DNA of 64,000 nucleotides from Blepharisma stoltei ATCC 30299 (GCA_965603825.1 CBFDEM010000013.1:186001-250000); one strand, 5' to 3'; positions 37,947-50,092 are shown, counted from the stretch's first letter. Made by a program: numbers and translations. Notes: generated by a model from the sequence alone, not told the origin.

Positions 37947-38981
37947 TTAGTCATCTTTTATAACCTTTTCGAAGAAATAAGCTTGGATTTCATCTGGTCC
38001 AAGATGATGCATTGCAACTTGATAGAGGCAATACTTTAAATATTCTTCATAGCTGCCAAATTTATTTGAATTTTTCCTCACTTCTTGCGCAATAAAGTGG
38101 GCAAAAAATTGATTAACTTGAATAGAAAGTGGGCTGTTATTTACATCTGCAAATGCCCAGCGGCTGATTATTAATTACTAAGGTGGCTTTTCAGGGTGAA
38201 ACATAGTTGAGAAGATAGGATACTTTTTTGATTCAGCAAGGCTTATATAATATTCGCCTTCTAAGTTCTTAGAAAGCCCCAAAACATTGAAAAACTTCTT
38301 AAGAATAGGTTCAGCTGCATATAAATTACATTCAAAATAGCGAGGCAAAATAGCCCACTGATGATTTTGTGCAGTCATGTTCATAGCTGACATGTAGTAT
38401 AATATTCTTGGATCTACATCTTTGAACCACTTTGACTTAGCCACTTTATCAGTAAAAATGATATTAGTTGTATAATTCATGCCTTTTGATGTTTCTAGTG
38501 TGCATTTATTAGTCAAAACAATTGTGAGGACCTCCCATCCCAAGCAGGTTGTGAATAAAGGAAAATACTCTCCATTATCGTTTTTCTCGATGATTCTCTT
38601 GACTATAAAATCAGCCATTTTCATAAATTGCGTGAATCGCGGTTCCTTATTTTCTTCCCTAATAAACAATTTCGCAGATCCACCTGTAAAAAATACTCCT
38701 ATATAATTTTTACCATTGACTCTCGCCAATAAGTAGTCAATTTCTTCAAAAGTTGAGTTATATTGCAAAGGAATTACCCTCATAGCTCCGCTTTCTATAT
38801 GTTTCACATAAGTAGCTCTAAGATGGGATTCCGCATAATCTGCATAAGCATATTCAATGTCATTGGGGATAGTGAGAACTCCAATCGTAGGCTTAATATC
38901 TTTGAAGTAAAGTGGGTCTGTATACGAATTTAAATAAAGACAACTGACCAAAGGCGCCAATAATACTCCAAGCCAAACCAT
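37947..38981 (-). CDS. GGH: Gamma-glutamyl hydrolase (peptidase C26, ~329 aa); introns 38699-38713, 38315-38329, 38164-38178
   Basis: Signal peptide; PTIGVL, ATYVKHIESGAMRVIP, NGVFFTGG, catalytic TCLGWE and FHPEK. Confidence 0.92.
38164..38178 (-). other. 15-nt intron GTAATTAATAATCAG
   Basis: Removes in-frame TAG. Confidence 0.85.
38315..38329 (-). other. 15-nt stop-free in-frame intron GTAATTTATATGCAG
   Basis: Matches consensus; not required for frame. Confidence 0.65.
38699..38713 (-). other. 15-nt stop-free in-frame intron GTAAAAATTATATAG
   Basis: Removal restores the family motif VNGVFFTGG. Confidence 0.82.
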
Positions 38982-39101
38982 TTTGAATTCCACTACTTTT
39001 TATAATAGTAAAATTTTATCCAAATTTATTATTATAGTTTAAAAATAAAGTAACCACCTTTATTTAGCTAAAGTTTTAGTGAAAAATGTCTGGCTATAAT
39101 A

Positions 39102-39767
39102 ATGCAACAACCTATTTTTGCCTATTGGTCAATTAGAGGCTTAGCTGAGCCTATTCGCATGCTTCTAGTTCACCTTGGAGTCGCTTTTGAGGATAAACAT
39201 TATACCGCAGGAGACGCTCCAGATTATGACAAGAGTGGTTGGCTTGCTGACAAAGAGAATCTTGGTCTTGATTTCCCGAATCTTCCATACTTTATTGATG
39301 AGAACGTCAAAATCACTGAAAGTTATGCTATCATCACTTATATAGCTGCAAAGTATAACCCAGATTTTCTTGGTAGGACAGCTCAAGAGCGAGTATATGT
39401 CAATATGTGTGCTGGGGTACTTAAAGATGTAAACCATGCTGTTTCGATGGCATGCTATGCTCCTGACGCAACTACAAGAATTCCGATAGCGCTTGATGGC
39501 AATAAGGCTAACTTAGGAAGAATCGCAAACTATCTTCAAGGAAAAAGATTCTTTATGGGAGATCAGCCTACATGGGTTGATTTCTGCGCATATGAACTAT
39601 TTGATAGAATTGAAGCATTTGATCCAGAATTCTTAAGAGGCATTTCTCCTATCTTCGAAACTTATAAAGGCCATGTTAGAGGTTTAGCACACATAGAAGA
39701 ATTTGTGTCAAGACCAAGATTGGCATTTAACAATAAGATGGCAGGATGGGGAAATAGCCCACTTTAA
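39102..39767 (+). CDS. Mu-class glutathione S-transferase, copy 1
   Basis: YWSIRGLAEPIR, mu-loop GDAPDYDKSGWL, LDFPNLPY. Confidence 0.95.
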   Translation: MQQPIFAYWSIRGLAEPIRMLLVHLGVAFEDKHYTAGDAPDYDKSGWLADKENLGLDFPNLPYFIDENVKITESYAIITYIAAKYNPDFLGRTAQERVYVNMCAGVLKDVNHAVSMACYAPDATTRIPIALDGNKANLGRIANYLQGKRFFMGDQPTWVDFCAYELFDRIEAFDPEFLRGISPIFETYKGHVRGLAHIEEFVSRPRLAFNNKMAGWGNSPL

Positions 39768-40271
39768 ATAAAGATTTCTTCGTCCTTAATTTGTAGTATG
39801 AGCATCATTTTCTTCTTTTAATTTGCAATTTATTCTTATTTGTATTAAACTTTGAAAGACAATTATTAGGAAGTAATATGGGAATTATTTTAATATATAT
39901 ACAGATGATAGAGACTATAAAAAACAATTTTTGACTGCTGTGCTATATGCATGATTTTATGAGTTGTATTTATATAAAATAAATGGTAAGTCCAAAAAGC
40001 TCAGGCTTAGACTTAAATTATACCAAATGATAAATTTAAGCAGTTTACAGCATTTCATATAAAATCAACTTTTATTGATGATTTATCATACTTAGGATTT
40101 TAACAATGCTCTGTTTTGCCAATTTAATAATATAATTTTTCGATAAATATGAGGTTCAACTTTAGAATTATCACACAAATTTATATGAGTTGTTTTTGAT
40201 TCTAATTTAATTTACCTAACAAATTATCATTTGTTGATTTTATTCATCTTAGCAATGTCAGCTATAATAAA

Positions 40272-40928
40272 ATGCAACAACCAATTCTTGCATATTGGTC
40301 AATCAGAGGTCTAGTTGAGCATATTCGCATGTTTCTAACTCACCTTGGAGTAGCTTTTGAGGATAAGCATTATCCCACTGGCGACGCTCCAGATTATGAC
40401 AAGAGTGTCTGGCTTGCTGATAAAGAAAGCCTTGGTCTTGATTTCCCAAACCTTCCTTATTTCATTGATGACCAAGTCAAACTCACTGAAAGTGTTGCAA
40501 TTGTTACTTATATTGCAGGAAAATACAACCCTGCTTATAACGGGAGAACAATTACAGAGCAAGCCAGTGTAAACATGTGTGCCGGAGTTCTTCGAGATGT
40601 CTGGAATGCCATTATCAATGCAAGCTATTCTCCTGATGCAACTACAAGAATTCCAATAGCGCTTGATAGCCATAGGGTTAATTTAGGAAGAATCGCAAAC
40701 TATCTTCAAGGAAAAAGATTCCTTATAGGAGATCAGCCAACATGGGTTGACTTTTTCGCATATGAACTATTTGATAGAATTGATGTATTTAATCCTGAGT
40801 TCTTAAGAGGCATATCTCCTAACTTTGAAGCTCATAAAGGCCATGTTAGAGGTTTAGCGCACGTAGAAGAGTTTGTGTCAAGACCAAGACTAGCATTAAA
40901 CAACAAGATGGCAGGATGGGGGAACTAA
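40272..40928 (+). CDS. Mu-class GST, copy 2
   Basis: Close paralog of copy 1. Confidence 0.95.
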   Translation: MQQPILAYWSIRGLVEHIRMFLTHLGVAFEDKHYPTGDAPDYDKSVWLADKESLGLDFPNLPYFIDDQVKLTESVAIVTYIAGKYNPAYNGRTITEQASVNMCAGVLRDVWNAIINASYSPDATTRIPIALDSHRVNLGRIANYLQGKRFLIGDQPTWVDFFAYELFDRIDVFNPEFLRGISPNFEAHKGHVRGLAHVEEFVSRPRLALNNKMAGWGN

Positions 40929-41197
40929 ATTCTTTAAATAAGCAGGCATTTTAAGATTTATAAGTATTTAGAGGACTATTATTAAGTATTTTATTATTTA
41001 AAAGAAGAAACTTTGGAATAGCTCAAAACGTTAGTAAATTTTGTTTTACAGAAAATTCCTCGAAAAGAAGGCTTTATTCATGTATGGAACTATTTTGCAA
41101 AAATTTATGGTGAAATGTCATATTCATTTTAATAATAAAATTTTCTCATTTATAGAACCAACCATAATTATTACGTCTCTAATAATTTATATCAAAA

Positions 41198-41857
41198 ATG
41201 CAACAACCAATTCTTGGATACTATGAAATCCGCAGCTTCGCGGAGCCTCTTAGAATGCTTCTTACTCACTTTGGAGTTGCTTTTGAAGATAAGCAGTACA
41301 CCTTTGGTCCTGCTCCAGACTTCGATTTATCAAGTTGGCTTAATGCTAAAGAAACTTTAGGATTTGATTTTCCTAATTTGCCTCATTTTATTGATGAAAA
41401 CATCAAGCTAACTGAGACTTTAGCAATTTACGAGTATATCTGTGCCAAATATAATCCTTCTTATCTTGGCAATACCATTGTGGAAAAAGCTTATGTGGCA
41501 ATGCTCACTGGAGTTCTAAGAGATTTCAATAGTCCTATTGGAGCAGCTTCCTATAGCCCAGATGCAGCGACACTTTTACCTCAAGTTTTAGAAAGTCAAA
41601 AAACAATGCTAGGAAGATTTGTCAAATATCTTGAAGGAAAAACATTTTTAGTTGGAGATCATCCTACCTATGTCGACTTTTATTTTTATGAGTCACTTGA
41701 TAGGCTTGATGCTATTGATCCAAGCTATTTAGCTGGAATTTCACCACTATTTGAAGCTTATAAAGGTCATGTAAGAAGTTTGACTCATGTCGAAGAATTT
41801 GTTACAAGACCTAATAGACCACATTTTCATGGCCCTGTAGCTGGTTGGAGAGGATAA
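41198..41857 (+). CDS. Mu-class GST, copy 3 (type A)
   Basis: GST-mu motifs; intact ORF. Confidence 0.95.
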   Translation: MQQPILGYYEIRSFAEPLRMLLTHFGVAFEDKQYTFGPAPDFDLSSWLNAKETLGFDFPNLPHFIDENIKLTETLAIYEYICAKYNPSYLGNTIVEKAYVAMLTGVLRDFNSPIGAASYSPDAATLLPQVLESQKTMLGRFVKYLEGKTFLVGDHPTYVDFYFYESLDRLDAIDPSYLAGISPLFEAYKGHVRSLTHVEEFVTRPNRPHFHGPVAGWRG

Positions 41858-42018
41858 TAAGCTAATTATATTCCTTTATGGTTAATAAAATACACACTAG
41901 CACTAATTTTAGAATAACTGCCTCAGTTTTTCTATATTTGAGGATAAATATAATTTAGTCAACCATTTTAATACTAAAATATCTTTTATTTCAAGCCAAT
42001 TAATAATTAATATCTAAA

Positions 42019-42440
42019 ATGCAATAGCCAATATTTGGATACTGGAAAGCTTGCGATTTGGCAGAGCCTCTCAAAATTCTTCTTACACATCTAGGGGTTG
42101 CATTTAAAGTTAGACTTTATCACTTTTGTCCTGTTCCTGATTTCAATACATTGGAATGGATTAACGCCAAAGAAACATTATTAAGCTAAGTAAAACTTTG
42201 CCAAGTATAAACCATCTTATCTTGGGAATACCATAGCTGAAAAAGCTTATGCTTCTATGATAACTAGTTTTTTAGAGATTTAAATAGTCAAGTCAGCAAT
42301 GCCTGCTATCCCAAAGAAGCAGCAACCCTTATACTTCGAGCTCTTGAAAGTCAAAGACAGTGATTGCAAGATTGTTAAATATCTTGAAGAGGAGACATTT
42401 TTAGTTTGAGACCACCCAACATATATTGATTATTATTATT
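42019..42440 (+). pseudogene. GST type-B pseudogene 1
   Basis: ATG CAA TAG (stop at codon 3), internal deletions and frameshifts, 3' truncation; homologous to the 44822 copy. Confidence 0.88.
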
Positions 42441-42619
42441 AGCTCAAATCCTTATAAAATTTTGTTTTACAGAATATTCCTCAAAAAGAAGGCTTTATTC
42501 ATGTATGGAACTATTTTTGGAAAAATTTAAAGTGAAATGCCATATTCATTTTAATAATAAAATTTTCTAATTTCTAGAACCAACAATAACTATTATGTTT
42601 CTAATAATTTATATCAAAA

Positions 42620-43279
42620 ATGCAACAACCAATTCTTGGATACTGGGAAATCCGTGGCTACGCGGAGCCTCTTAGAATGCTTCTTGCTCACTTTGGAGTT
42701 GCTTTTGAAGATAAACAATACATCTTAGGTCCTGCTCCAGATTTCGATAGATCAGATTGGCTCAATGTTAAAGAAACTTTAGGATTTGATTTTCCTAATT
42801 TGCCTTATTTTATTGACGAAAACATCAAGCTAACTGAAACATTAGCAATATACGAGTACATCTGTGCTAAATATAATCCTTCTTATCTTGGCAATACCAT
42901 TGTGGAAAAAGCTTACGTAGCGATGATCACAGGGGTTCTAAGAGATTTCAATAGTGCTATTGGAAGAGCCTGCTATAGTCAAGATGCAGCGACCCTTATA
43001 CCTCTAGCTCTAGAAAGTCAAAAGCCAGTGTTAGCAAGATTTGTGAAATATATTGAAGGAAAAACATTTTTAGTTGGAGATCATCCTACCTATGTCGACT
43101 TTTATTTTTATGAGTCACTTGATAGACTTGATGCTATTGATCCAAGCTATCTAGCTGGAATTTCACCATTATTTGAAGCTTATAAAAGCCATATAAGAAG
43201 CTTGACTCATGTCGAAGAATTTGTTTCAAGACCTAATAGACTACATTTCCAAGGCCCTGCAGCTGGTTGGAGAGGATAA
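42620..43279 (+). CDS. Mu-class GST, copy 4 (type A)
   Basis: Intact ORF, GST-mu motifs. Confidence 0.95.
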   Translation: MQQPILGYWEIRGYAEPLRMLLAHFGVAFEDKQYILGPAPDFDRSDWLNVKETLGFDFPNLPYFIDENIKLTETLAIYEYICAKYNPSYLGNTIVEKAYVAMITGVLRDFNSAIGRACYSQDAATLIPLALESQKPVLARFVKYIEGKTFLVGDHPTYVDFYFYESLDRLDAIDPSYLAGISPLFEAYKSHIRSLTHVEEFVSRPNRLHFQGPAAGWRG

Positions 43280-43357
43280 TAAGCTAATTTTATTCCTTTA
43301 TGATTAGTAAAATACATTACTAGCATTAATTTTAGTTTTTAATAATTAATATCTAAA

Positions 43358-43822
43358 ATGCAACAGCCAATATTGGAATACTGTGAAGCTCGCCGCTTGG
43401 CAGAGCCTCTCAGAATGCTTCTTACACATCTTAGAGTTGCATTTGAAGATAGACTTTATCACTTTGGTTCTGCTCCTGAATTCAATAGATTGGAATAGAT
43501 TAACGCCAAAGAAACATTAGGTATGAAAGTCCTAAATTTGTCTTATTTTATTGATGAAAATATCAAGCTAAGTAAAACTTCGCTATATATAACTCATCTT
43601 ATCTTGGGAATACCATAGTTGAAAAAGCTTATGTTTCTATCATAATTGGTGTCCTTAGAGATTTAAATAGTCAAATCAGCAATACCTGCTATCCTAAAGA
43701 AAAAGCAACCCTTATACCGAACTCTTGAAAGTCAAAGACCAGTGATTGCAAGACTTGTTAAATATCTTGAAGGAAAGACATTTTTAGTTGGAGACCGCTC
43801 AACATATGTTGACTTTTTATTA
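43358..43822 (+). pseudogene. GST type-B pseudogene 2
   Basis: In-frame TAG at ~43496, deletions, same 3' truncation point as pseudogene 1. Confidence 0.88.
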
Positions 43823-43989
43823 TCTCAAAGCCTTACTAAAATTTTGTTTTACTTAATAATCCTTAAAAAGAAGGATTTACTCATGTATGGAAAAATTTAG
43901 AGTGAAATGCCTTATTTTTTTAATATAAAAATTTTCTAATTTCTAAAACTAACCATAACTATTATTTCTCCAATATAGTTATATCAAAA

Positions 43990-44649
43990 ATGCAACAACC
44001 AATTCTTGGATACTGGGAAATCCGTGGCATCGCGGAGCCTCTTAGAATGCTTCTTGCTCACTTTGGAGTTGCTTTTGAAGATAAACAATACACCTTTGGC
44101 CCTGCTCCAGGTTTCGATAAATCAAATTGGCTCAATGTTAAAGAAACTTTAGGATTTGATTTTCCTAATTTGCCTCATTTTATTGATGAAAACATCAAGC
44201 TAACTGAGAGTTTAGCAATATACGAGTACATCTGTGCCAAATATAATCCATCTTATCTTGGCAATACCATTGCGGAAAAAGCTTATGCGGCTATGATCAC
44301 TGGAGTTCTAAAAGATTTCAATAGCCCTATTGGAATGGCTACCTATAGCCAAGATGCAGCAACACTTTTACCCCAAGCTTTAGAAAGTCAAAAACCAGTG
44401 TTAGCAAGATTTGTCAAATATCTTGAAGGAAAAACATTTTTAGTTGGAGATCATCCTACCTATGTCGATTTTTATTTTTATGAGTCACTTGATAGGCTTG
44501 ATGCTATTGATCCAAGCTATCTAGCTGGAATTTCACCAATATTTGCAGCTTATAAAAGCCATATAAGAAGTTTGGCTCATGTCGAAGAATTTGTTACGAG
44601 ACCTAATAGACCACATTTCCAAGGCCCTGCATTTGGTTGGAGAGGATAA
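43990..44649 (+). CDS. Mu-class GST, copy 5 (type A)
   Basis: Intact ORF. Confidence 0.95.
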   Translation: MQQPILGYWEIRGIAEPLRMLLAHFGVAFEDKQYTFGPAPGFDKSNWLNVKETLGFDFPNLPHFIDENIKLTESLAIYEYICAKYNPSYLGNTIAEKAYAAMITGVLKDFNSPIGMATYSQDAATLLPQALESQKPVLARFVKYLEGKTFLVGDHPTYVDFYFYESLDRLDAIDPSYLAGISPIFAAYKSHIRSLAHVEEFVTRPNRPHFQGPAFGWRG

Positions 44650-44821
44650 TAAGCTAATTATATTCCTTTATGATAATAAAATACATTACTATCACTAATT
44701 TTAGCATTACTAACTCAATTTTTATATATCCACAGTAAATATAATTTGGTCAAATCATTTTAATACTAAAATATCTTCCATTTCAAGCCAATACTTTAAT
44801 TTTTAATAATTAATATCTAAA

Positions 44822-45484
44822 ATGCAACAGCCAATATTGGGATACTGGGAAGCTCGCGGCTATGCAGAGCCTCTCAGAATGCTTCTTACACATCTAGGGG
44901 TTGCGTTTGAAGATAGACTTTATCACTTTGGTCCTGCTCCTGATTTCAACAGATTGGAATGGATTAACGTTAAAGAAACTTTAGGTATGGAATTCCCAAA
45001 TTTGCCTTATTTTATTGATGAAAACATCAAGCTAAGCGAAACTTTGGCTATATATGAATACATCTGTGCCAAATATAACCCATCTTATCTTGGGAATACC
45101 ATAGTTGAAAAAGCTTATGTCTCTATGATAACTGGTGTCCTTAGAGATTTAAATAGTCAAGTCAGCAATGCCTGCTATCCCAAAGAAGCAGCAGCCCTTA
45201 TTCCTCGAGCTCTTGAAAGTCAAAGGCCAGTGATTGCAAGACTTGTTAAATATCTTGAAGGGAAGACATTTTTAGTTGGAGACCACCCAACATATGTTGA
45301 CTTTTTATTATATGAAATCCTTGACAAGCTTGATGCTATTGATGCAAGCTACTTAGCTGGGATTTCACCATGATTTGTAGCTTATAAGAGGCATATAAGA
45401 AGCTTAGCACATGTGGAAGAATTCATTTCAAGGCCTAGTAAATCGCATTTGTTCCATGGTCCTATGGCTGGATGGAGCGGATAA
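44822..45484 (+). CDS. Mu-class GST, copy 6 (type B, intact, ~220 aa)
   Basis: Reads through TGA=Trp at 45371 to FHGPMAGWSG-TAA, collinear with paralogs. Confidence 0.93.
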
Positions 45485-45730
45485 TTAATTTCAGGTTATA
45501 ATCTAATTATTAACGATTTTAAAAAAAAATATTTATGGAAATCTAAGAATTATTAATATTTAAGTTTACCAAATTTTACTATATTTTTAAGCCACCAAAT
45601 ATAGTTAAATATTTAAAATTTTTATCTATGATATTTCAAAACCCTTATTTACATTTCTTCTCTGATTTCAATATTTTGCAATATTTTCGTTTCATTAAAA
45701 TAGATATGAAGCTGAGTAATATTGATATAA

Positions 45731-46477
45731 ATGAAATCAGGTTTCAACCTTTTCAGCTTAACCCTAAAAGGCTGGCTCATATTTAGTGGAAGTTTTATAG
45801 CTTTAGGCGGGCTTGGATTTTACTTTTTTAAGGGACCCAGAGCAAGAACCTTGATTCTTGAAGTTCTACCTGAGGAAACACTTATTGACCTCCTTCATCT
45901 CATAAGAAAACAATACTCGAAATACTATAAAAAGAACCAGCTTCATGGCAGAAAGCAGCGAAGAAGGCTTCCTAGAGGCTCTGATGAATATTTCAAATAT
46001 GTAAAAGAATGTTTTGGAATTCACAACAAATTATTAGATGATGCAATTGATGAAGTTTTAAGTGGTAAAAATATAAAGCGAGATACATATGAAAATTCTA
46101 TGAAATTATTCAAGCATGAAGCCAGCATATCAGAAGCTTATCAAGATATCCGAAAAATCGTCAATAAAGGCCCAGTTTCACTAGACTTGACTCCTGACAA
46201 ACTCCATGAGATCCTTACATTTTATAGGAATAGACTGGACGCGGAATCCCCATCTCAAAGCCCATATTCTCTGCCTTTAACACTAACACTTATAGAAGAT
46301 GACGTATATGAAGCATTTAGAGTAGAAATTGAAGAAATAGAAAGAGCTTTTGACATGTATTGGGATATGCTGAAAGAATTCGACCCATTAATCCAGACTA
46401 TTTGTCAAGCCAAGCTGATAGATGAAGTAGAAGATATAGAAATCCCTACAATTAGGGAAAGACGGAGCTTCGAATAG
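45731..46477 (+). CDS. Hypothetical protein with N-terminal TM anchor (248 aa)
   Basis: WLIFSGSFIALGGLGFYFF followed by a helical domain. Confidence 0.7.
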   Translation: MKSGFNLFSLTLKGWLIFSGSFIALGGLGFYFFKGPRARTLILEVLPEETLIDLLHLIRKQYSKYYKKNQLHGRKQRRRLPRGSDEYFKYVKECFGIHNKLLDDAIDEVLSGKNIKRDTYENSMKLFKHEASISEAYQDIRKIVNKGPVSLDLTPDKLHEILTFYRNRLDAESPSQSPYSLPLTLTLIEDDVYEAFRVEIEEIERAFDMYWDMLKEFDPLIQTICQAKLIDEVEDIEIPTIRERRSFE

Positions 46478-46513
46478 AATAATAAATATTTGGCTAGAAA
46501 TTATTTTAAAATT

Positions 46514-48067
46514 TTACAGTTTATATTTTAGAGAAGCATATTTATCGATTTCTTCCTCCACAATTTCCATGCTTTTTATTGCAGTTTTTAAAGCTTCTTT
46601 CGATTTCTTCTGAGAGCGAGTTATTTCATGTATTTGATCTTTTAAATCGTGAGCTTGCTTAATAAAAAAATTAATTGTTTCGAATTTGATATTAAGTCCT
46701 TCACTCAAAACTCTTAACATTTCTTCAGTTGACTGCTCTGCAAATAATGCAAGTCTAAATGAATTTTACTTTTTTTGTTCCTTAAATTTTTCATAATGAA
46801 TTCTCATCTCATAAGTTTTTTCTCTTCTCTCGTGTAAATATTTTTGCTGCTTTCCTCCATGCTTTATCAGAAGATATCGCTGGTAAGCAGCTCTTATAAA
46901 CTTTGCGGCGTGGATTTTTGCATTTTCCATAGCAGTAGTCCTTCCCAAATAATTATATACTTTTTCTTCACCTTTATTAAAAGCGGTATAATTGGATAGA
47001 GTTACAACCATTAAAGTAATGTTAAAAATCCCCCAAAAGCAAGCTAAAACTGAAATAAATCTTCCTATATGTGTCCTAGCATAGAAATCTCCATATCCGA
47101 CCGTTGTCATAGTGATTATAATGACCCACATGGCATTCCAAATATAATTAAAATCTTGGCTTTGGTTTGGATTATTTTTCGTATAAGGTCTTTCAAAAAT
47201 CCTTATAGCTAACCCAAAAACCACAAGATTTGTAATCATGCTAAAACCTAATAAGAAATAAGGCCGATCCTTTAATAAGGATTTGATGGAAAACAAAATA
47301 CTTGCATCACATCCATAAACGCTACAAATTGCTTGGGATTTTTTAGATGACCATGTAGAATAGTGGTAAAAAAGCCTGAAAACTAAATATACCCTTATTA
47401 GCATTCAGCAAGCACATATAGAGTCCATACTTTGTATTAAAACACCATTTAACTGTTGGAATTCTATAGAATAGTCACTTCCTGGGGGCCAGTGAATAGC
47501 ACAGACCACAAGTTCGACTAATAAAAACCCAAAATGCTTGCTTTTAAAATAAGAAGGTACCTCTACATCTAAACCGATTTTCTTTTCTCTCATAATACTA
47601 TATGAAGTTTTCGATCGAAAAATCAGTAAAATTAATAAAACTCCTGTAGAAACTGACACAAAAAGTCTTAACGAGTCTCCGTTGCTCGTAGTGACGTCGT
47701 CATTGCTATAATTTTCTTCGTATTCTACCATAGCGACAACTAGTCCTGCAATAGCAATAATTGCAATAAGTGAGTCATAAACCTTCAGCAATTTAGAATC
47801 ACGATCAACCTTATCAATTTTTCTTTCAAGTAGCCTTCTCTTGCTAACATCGACTACAATATCTGGATTCGTATCAACGCTATTGGAAGATGCAGAAGAT
47901 CGAGAAGTTTCACTTGATAAGTACTCAGACTGCAATGAATTTTCCCCTTCAGAGCGAATAGCTTCGTTATTTCCCATAGGGTTGACTGCTTCAGAGATTC
48001 TTCGGAAGTATTGAGCTCCATGAAAAGCCCCTAGGCCTTGTCCTGCACCTGTTAATATTGATGCCAT
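46514..48067 (-). CDS. SK/KCNN-like Ca2+-activated K+ channel (~512 aa); intron 46755-46769
   Basis: Six TMs; pore WNAMWVIIITMTTVGYGDFYARTHIGR; CaM-binding-like HAAKFIRAAYQRY. Confidence 0.9.
46755..46769 (-). other. 15-nt intron GTAAAATTCATTTAG
   Basis: Removes in-frame TAA. Confidence 0.82.
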
Positions 48068-48160
48068 TCTATGTTATAATTAAATAATTATTATCATCAA
48101 GCAGAGCTTTTTCATTGCAAATTAAGCACTTTTTCAGTAAAATCAATGAAATATTACTAA

Positions 48161-48598
48161 TTAAGCTGAACAATCTTTAGCAAAGTGCCCAAATTCATGA
48201 CAGCGATAACACCTAGAGCCACCTCTACGATCTAAAGGAGCTTCAGTTTGTCCGCAATTCCTAGCTATATGTCCAGCTTGTCCACAATTATAGCACACTG
48301 AATCCCCTGTCGAAGAGCATTCTTTAGACATATGCCCGAATTCCCCACATTTGTAGCACCTCGGACAATTTTTTGACACGTGTCCAGATCCATTACAACG
48401 GTAGCATTTAATATCTCGACCGACTTGTTCTGAGCAATCTTTTGCCCTGTGATCAGAACTTCCACAATTGTGGCATTTTACTGACTCAGAGCATTCATTT
48501 TGAGTGTGGCCAAGCTTGTGACAGTTAAAACAAGCTTTTTCTTCACTTGGACAATCTCTGGCGCGGTGGCCTATACCTCCACATCTATAGCAATTCAT
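48161..48598 (-). CDS. CNBP: CNBP/GIS2-like protein with seven CCHC zinc knuckles
   Basis: Seven CX2CX4HX4C motifs. Confidence 0.88.
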   Translation of the reverse strand: MNCYRCGGIGHRARDCPSEEKACFNCHKLGHTQNECSESVKCHNCGSSDHRAKDCSEQVGRDIKCYRCNGSGHVSKNCPRCYKCGEFGHMSKECSSTGDSVCYNCGQAGHIARNCGQTEAPLDRRGGSRCYRCHEFGHFAKDCSA

Positions 48599-48888
48599 TT
48601 TTATCCATTTTTAGAGTTTAGTCAGAGCAAAGGATATCTTTAAATTTTCTTGGATTATTGTGAAGATTGCCACAGTTTCTAAGCTTTAAGCTGATTATTG
48701 GGCTGTATTTCTGATAAATTTCTTTTATTTATCTTTGTTTTAATTTTTATGATGGCTGATCTTCTGTATCTAATTGAAAATTAAATTTTGGTAGAAATCT
48801 GCGTCATAAACTATTTTCTTTAAAACCTCAGATTTTACTATAAGTGCAATAAATTCCTTTTTTTTTGTTATAAAATTAGTTTATTATA

Positions 48889-50004
48889 ATGTCACTTAGA
48901 GATTTTGAAATCATACAAAAACTCGGAGAAGGAGCTTATTCCCAAGTTTTCAAAGTCAAAAGAATTTCAGATTCACAAATTTATGCCCTAAAAAAAGTCA
49001 GATTTGCACCTTTAAAGGAAAAAGAAAAAACCAACGCTTTAAACGAGGTCAGAATTCTTGCTTCTATCAGTCATCCAAACATAATTGGCTATAAAGAAGC
49101 TTTCGTTGATGAATCTTCACGAAGCTTATGGTAATTTTTACCTAGCATCATCATGGAATTTGCAGATGGAGGAGATCTCCTATCAAAAATTCGGCAACAT
49201 AGAGACCAAGGCACAAGATTTTCAGAAAACGAAATATGGGATATTTTAATCCAAATGGTCAAAGGAGTTAAAGCTTTACATGACATGTCTGTCCTCCACA
49301 GAGACCTTAAGTGTGCAAATGTATTTATATGCAATAATGGGAATGTAAAAATTGGAGACATGAATGTCTCAAAAGTTTCAAGCGGAGAATTAGCTTACAC
49401 ACAGACTGGGACACCTTATTATGCTAGTCCTGAAGTATGGAGAGACCAGCCATATGACTTAAAAAGCGATATTTGGTCTTTAGGATGTGTGATTTATGAA
49501 GCCATTATGCTAATTCCGCCTTTTCGAGCTAATGATATGAGCAGTTTATATCAAAAAGTTACGAAAGGGCATTATCCACCAATTTCGAAAATTTATTCAG
49601 CTTATTTGGCTAATACAGTTAAAGATTTGCTACAAGTGAACCCAGCACTAAGACCTAATTGCCAACAGATTTTAGATAATCCAAATGTGCATCGGCATCT
49701 AAAAGGAGAAAATGAAGATAAAGGCGACCCAAATGTTTTATTAAGAACTATAACTTTACCAAGGAATTTTTTAAATCTAGCGAATAGGCTTCCAGCTGCG
49801 AAATATAGACATGTTAGTGCAGAAACCGAAAGAATTCCTGGATCAAGATATCAATCTCCAGGTTCTTTTGATGCAAAAAGAACGATCACTAGAGATTCAG
49901 ATTTTAAGTTACCGCCTCTAATCAGACCCAAAGTGCAGAGTCGTCAACCTCTTGATCAGAAAATCCAGGTTTTAAGAGGTAGAATTGCTCAGAAAGTGCG
50001 TTAA
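48889..50004 (+). CDS. NIMA-related (NEK) kinase (~366 aa); intron 49131-49145
   Basis: ALNEVRILAS, HRDLKCAN, GDMNVSK, TQTGTPYYASPE. Confidence 0.94.
49131..49145 (+). other. 15-nt intron GTAATTTTTACCTAG
   Basis: Restores LCIIMEFA. Confidence 0.9.
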
Positions 50005-50092
50005 AATTTGGAATAATTAAATTGCAAAATATGATTTAATAGTAAAAAATATTATTTTAATTAAAAAAAAAATATGAATTAAAATAAATAAA

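Larger units (their letters stand above)
41019..45484 (+). repeat. Tandem triplication of a ~1.4-kb [GST-A + GST-B] unit
   Basis: Shared upstream block TTTTGTTTTAC...AAAAGAAGG.TTTA.TCATGTATGGAA at ~41040, ~42460, ~43840; A-copy spacing 1422 and 1370 bp. Confidence 0.85.

Noticed and set aside
48161-48598. Retroviral Gag-like zinc knuckles
   Set aside because: Seven-knuckle cellular CNBP architecture; no pol, LTRs or TSD
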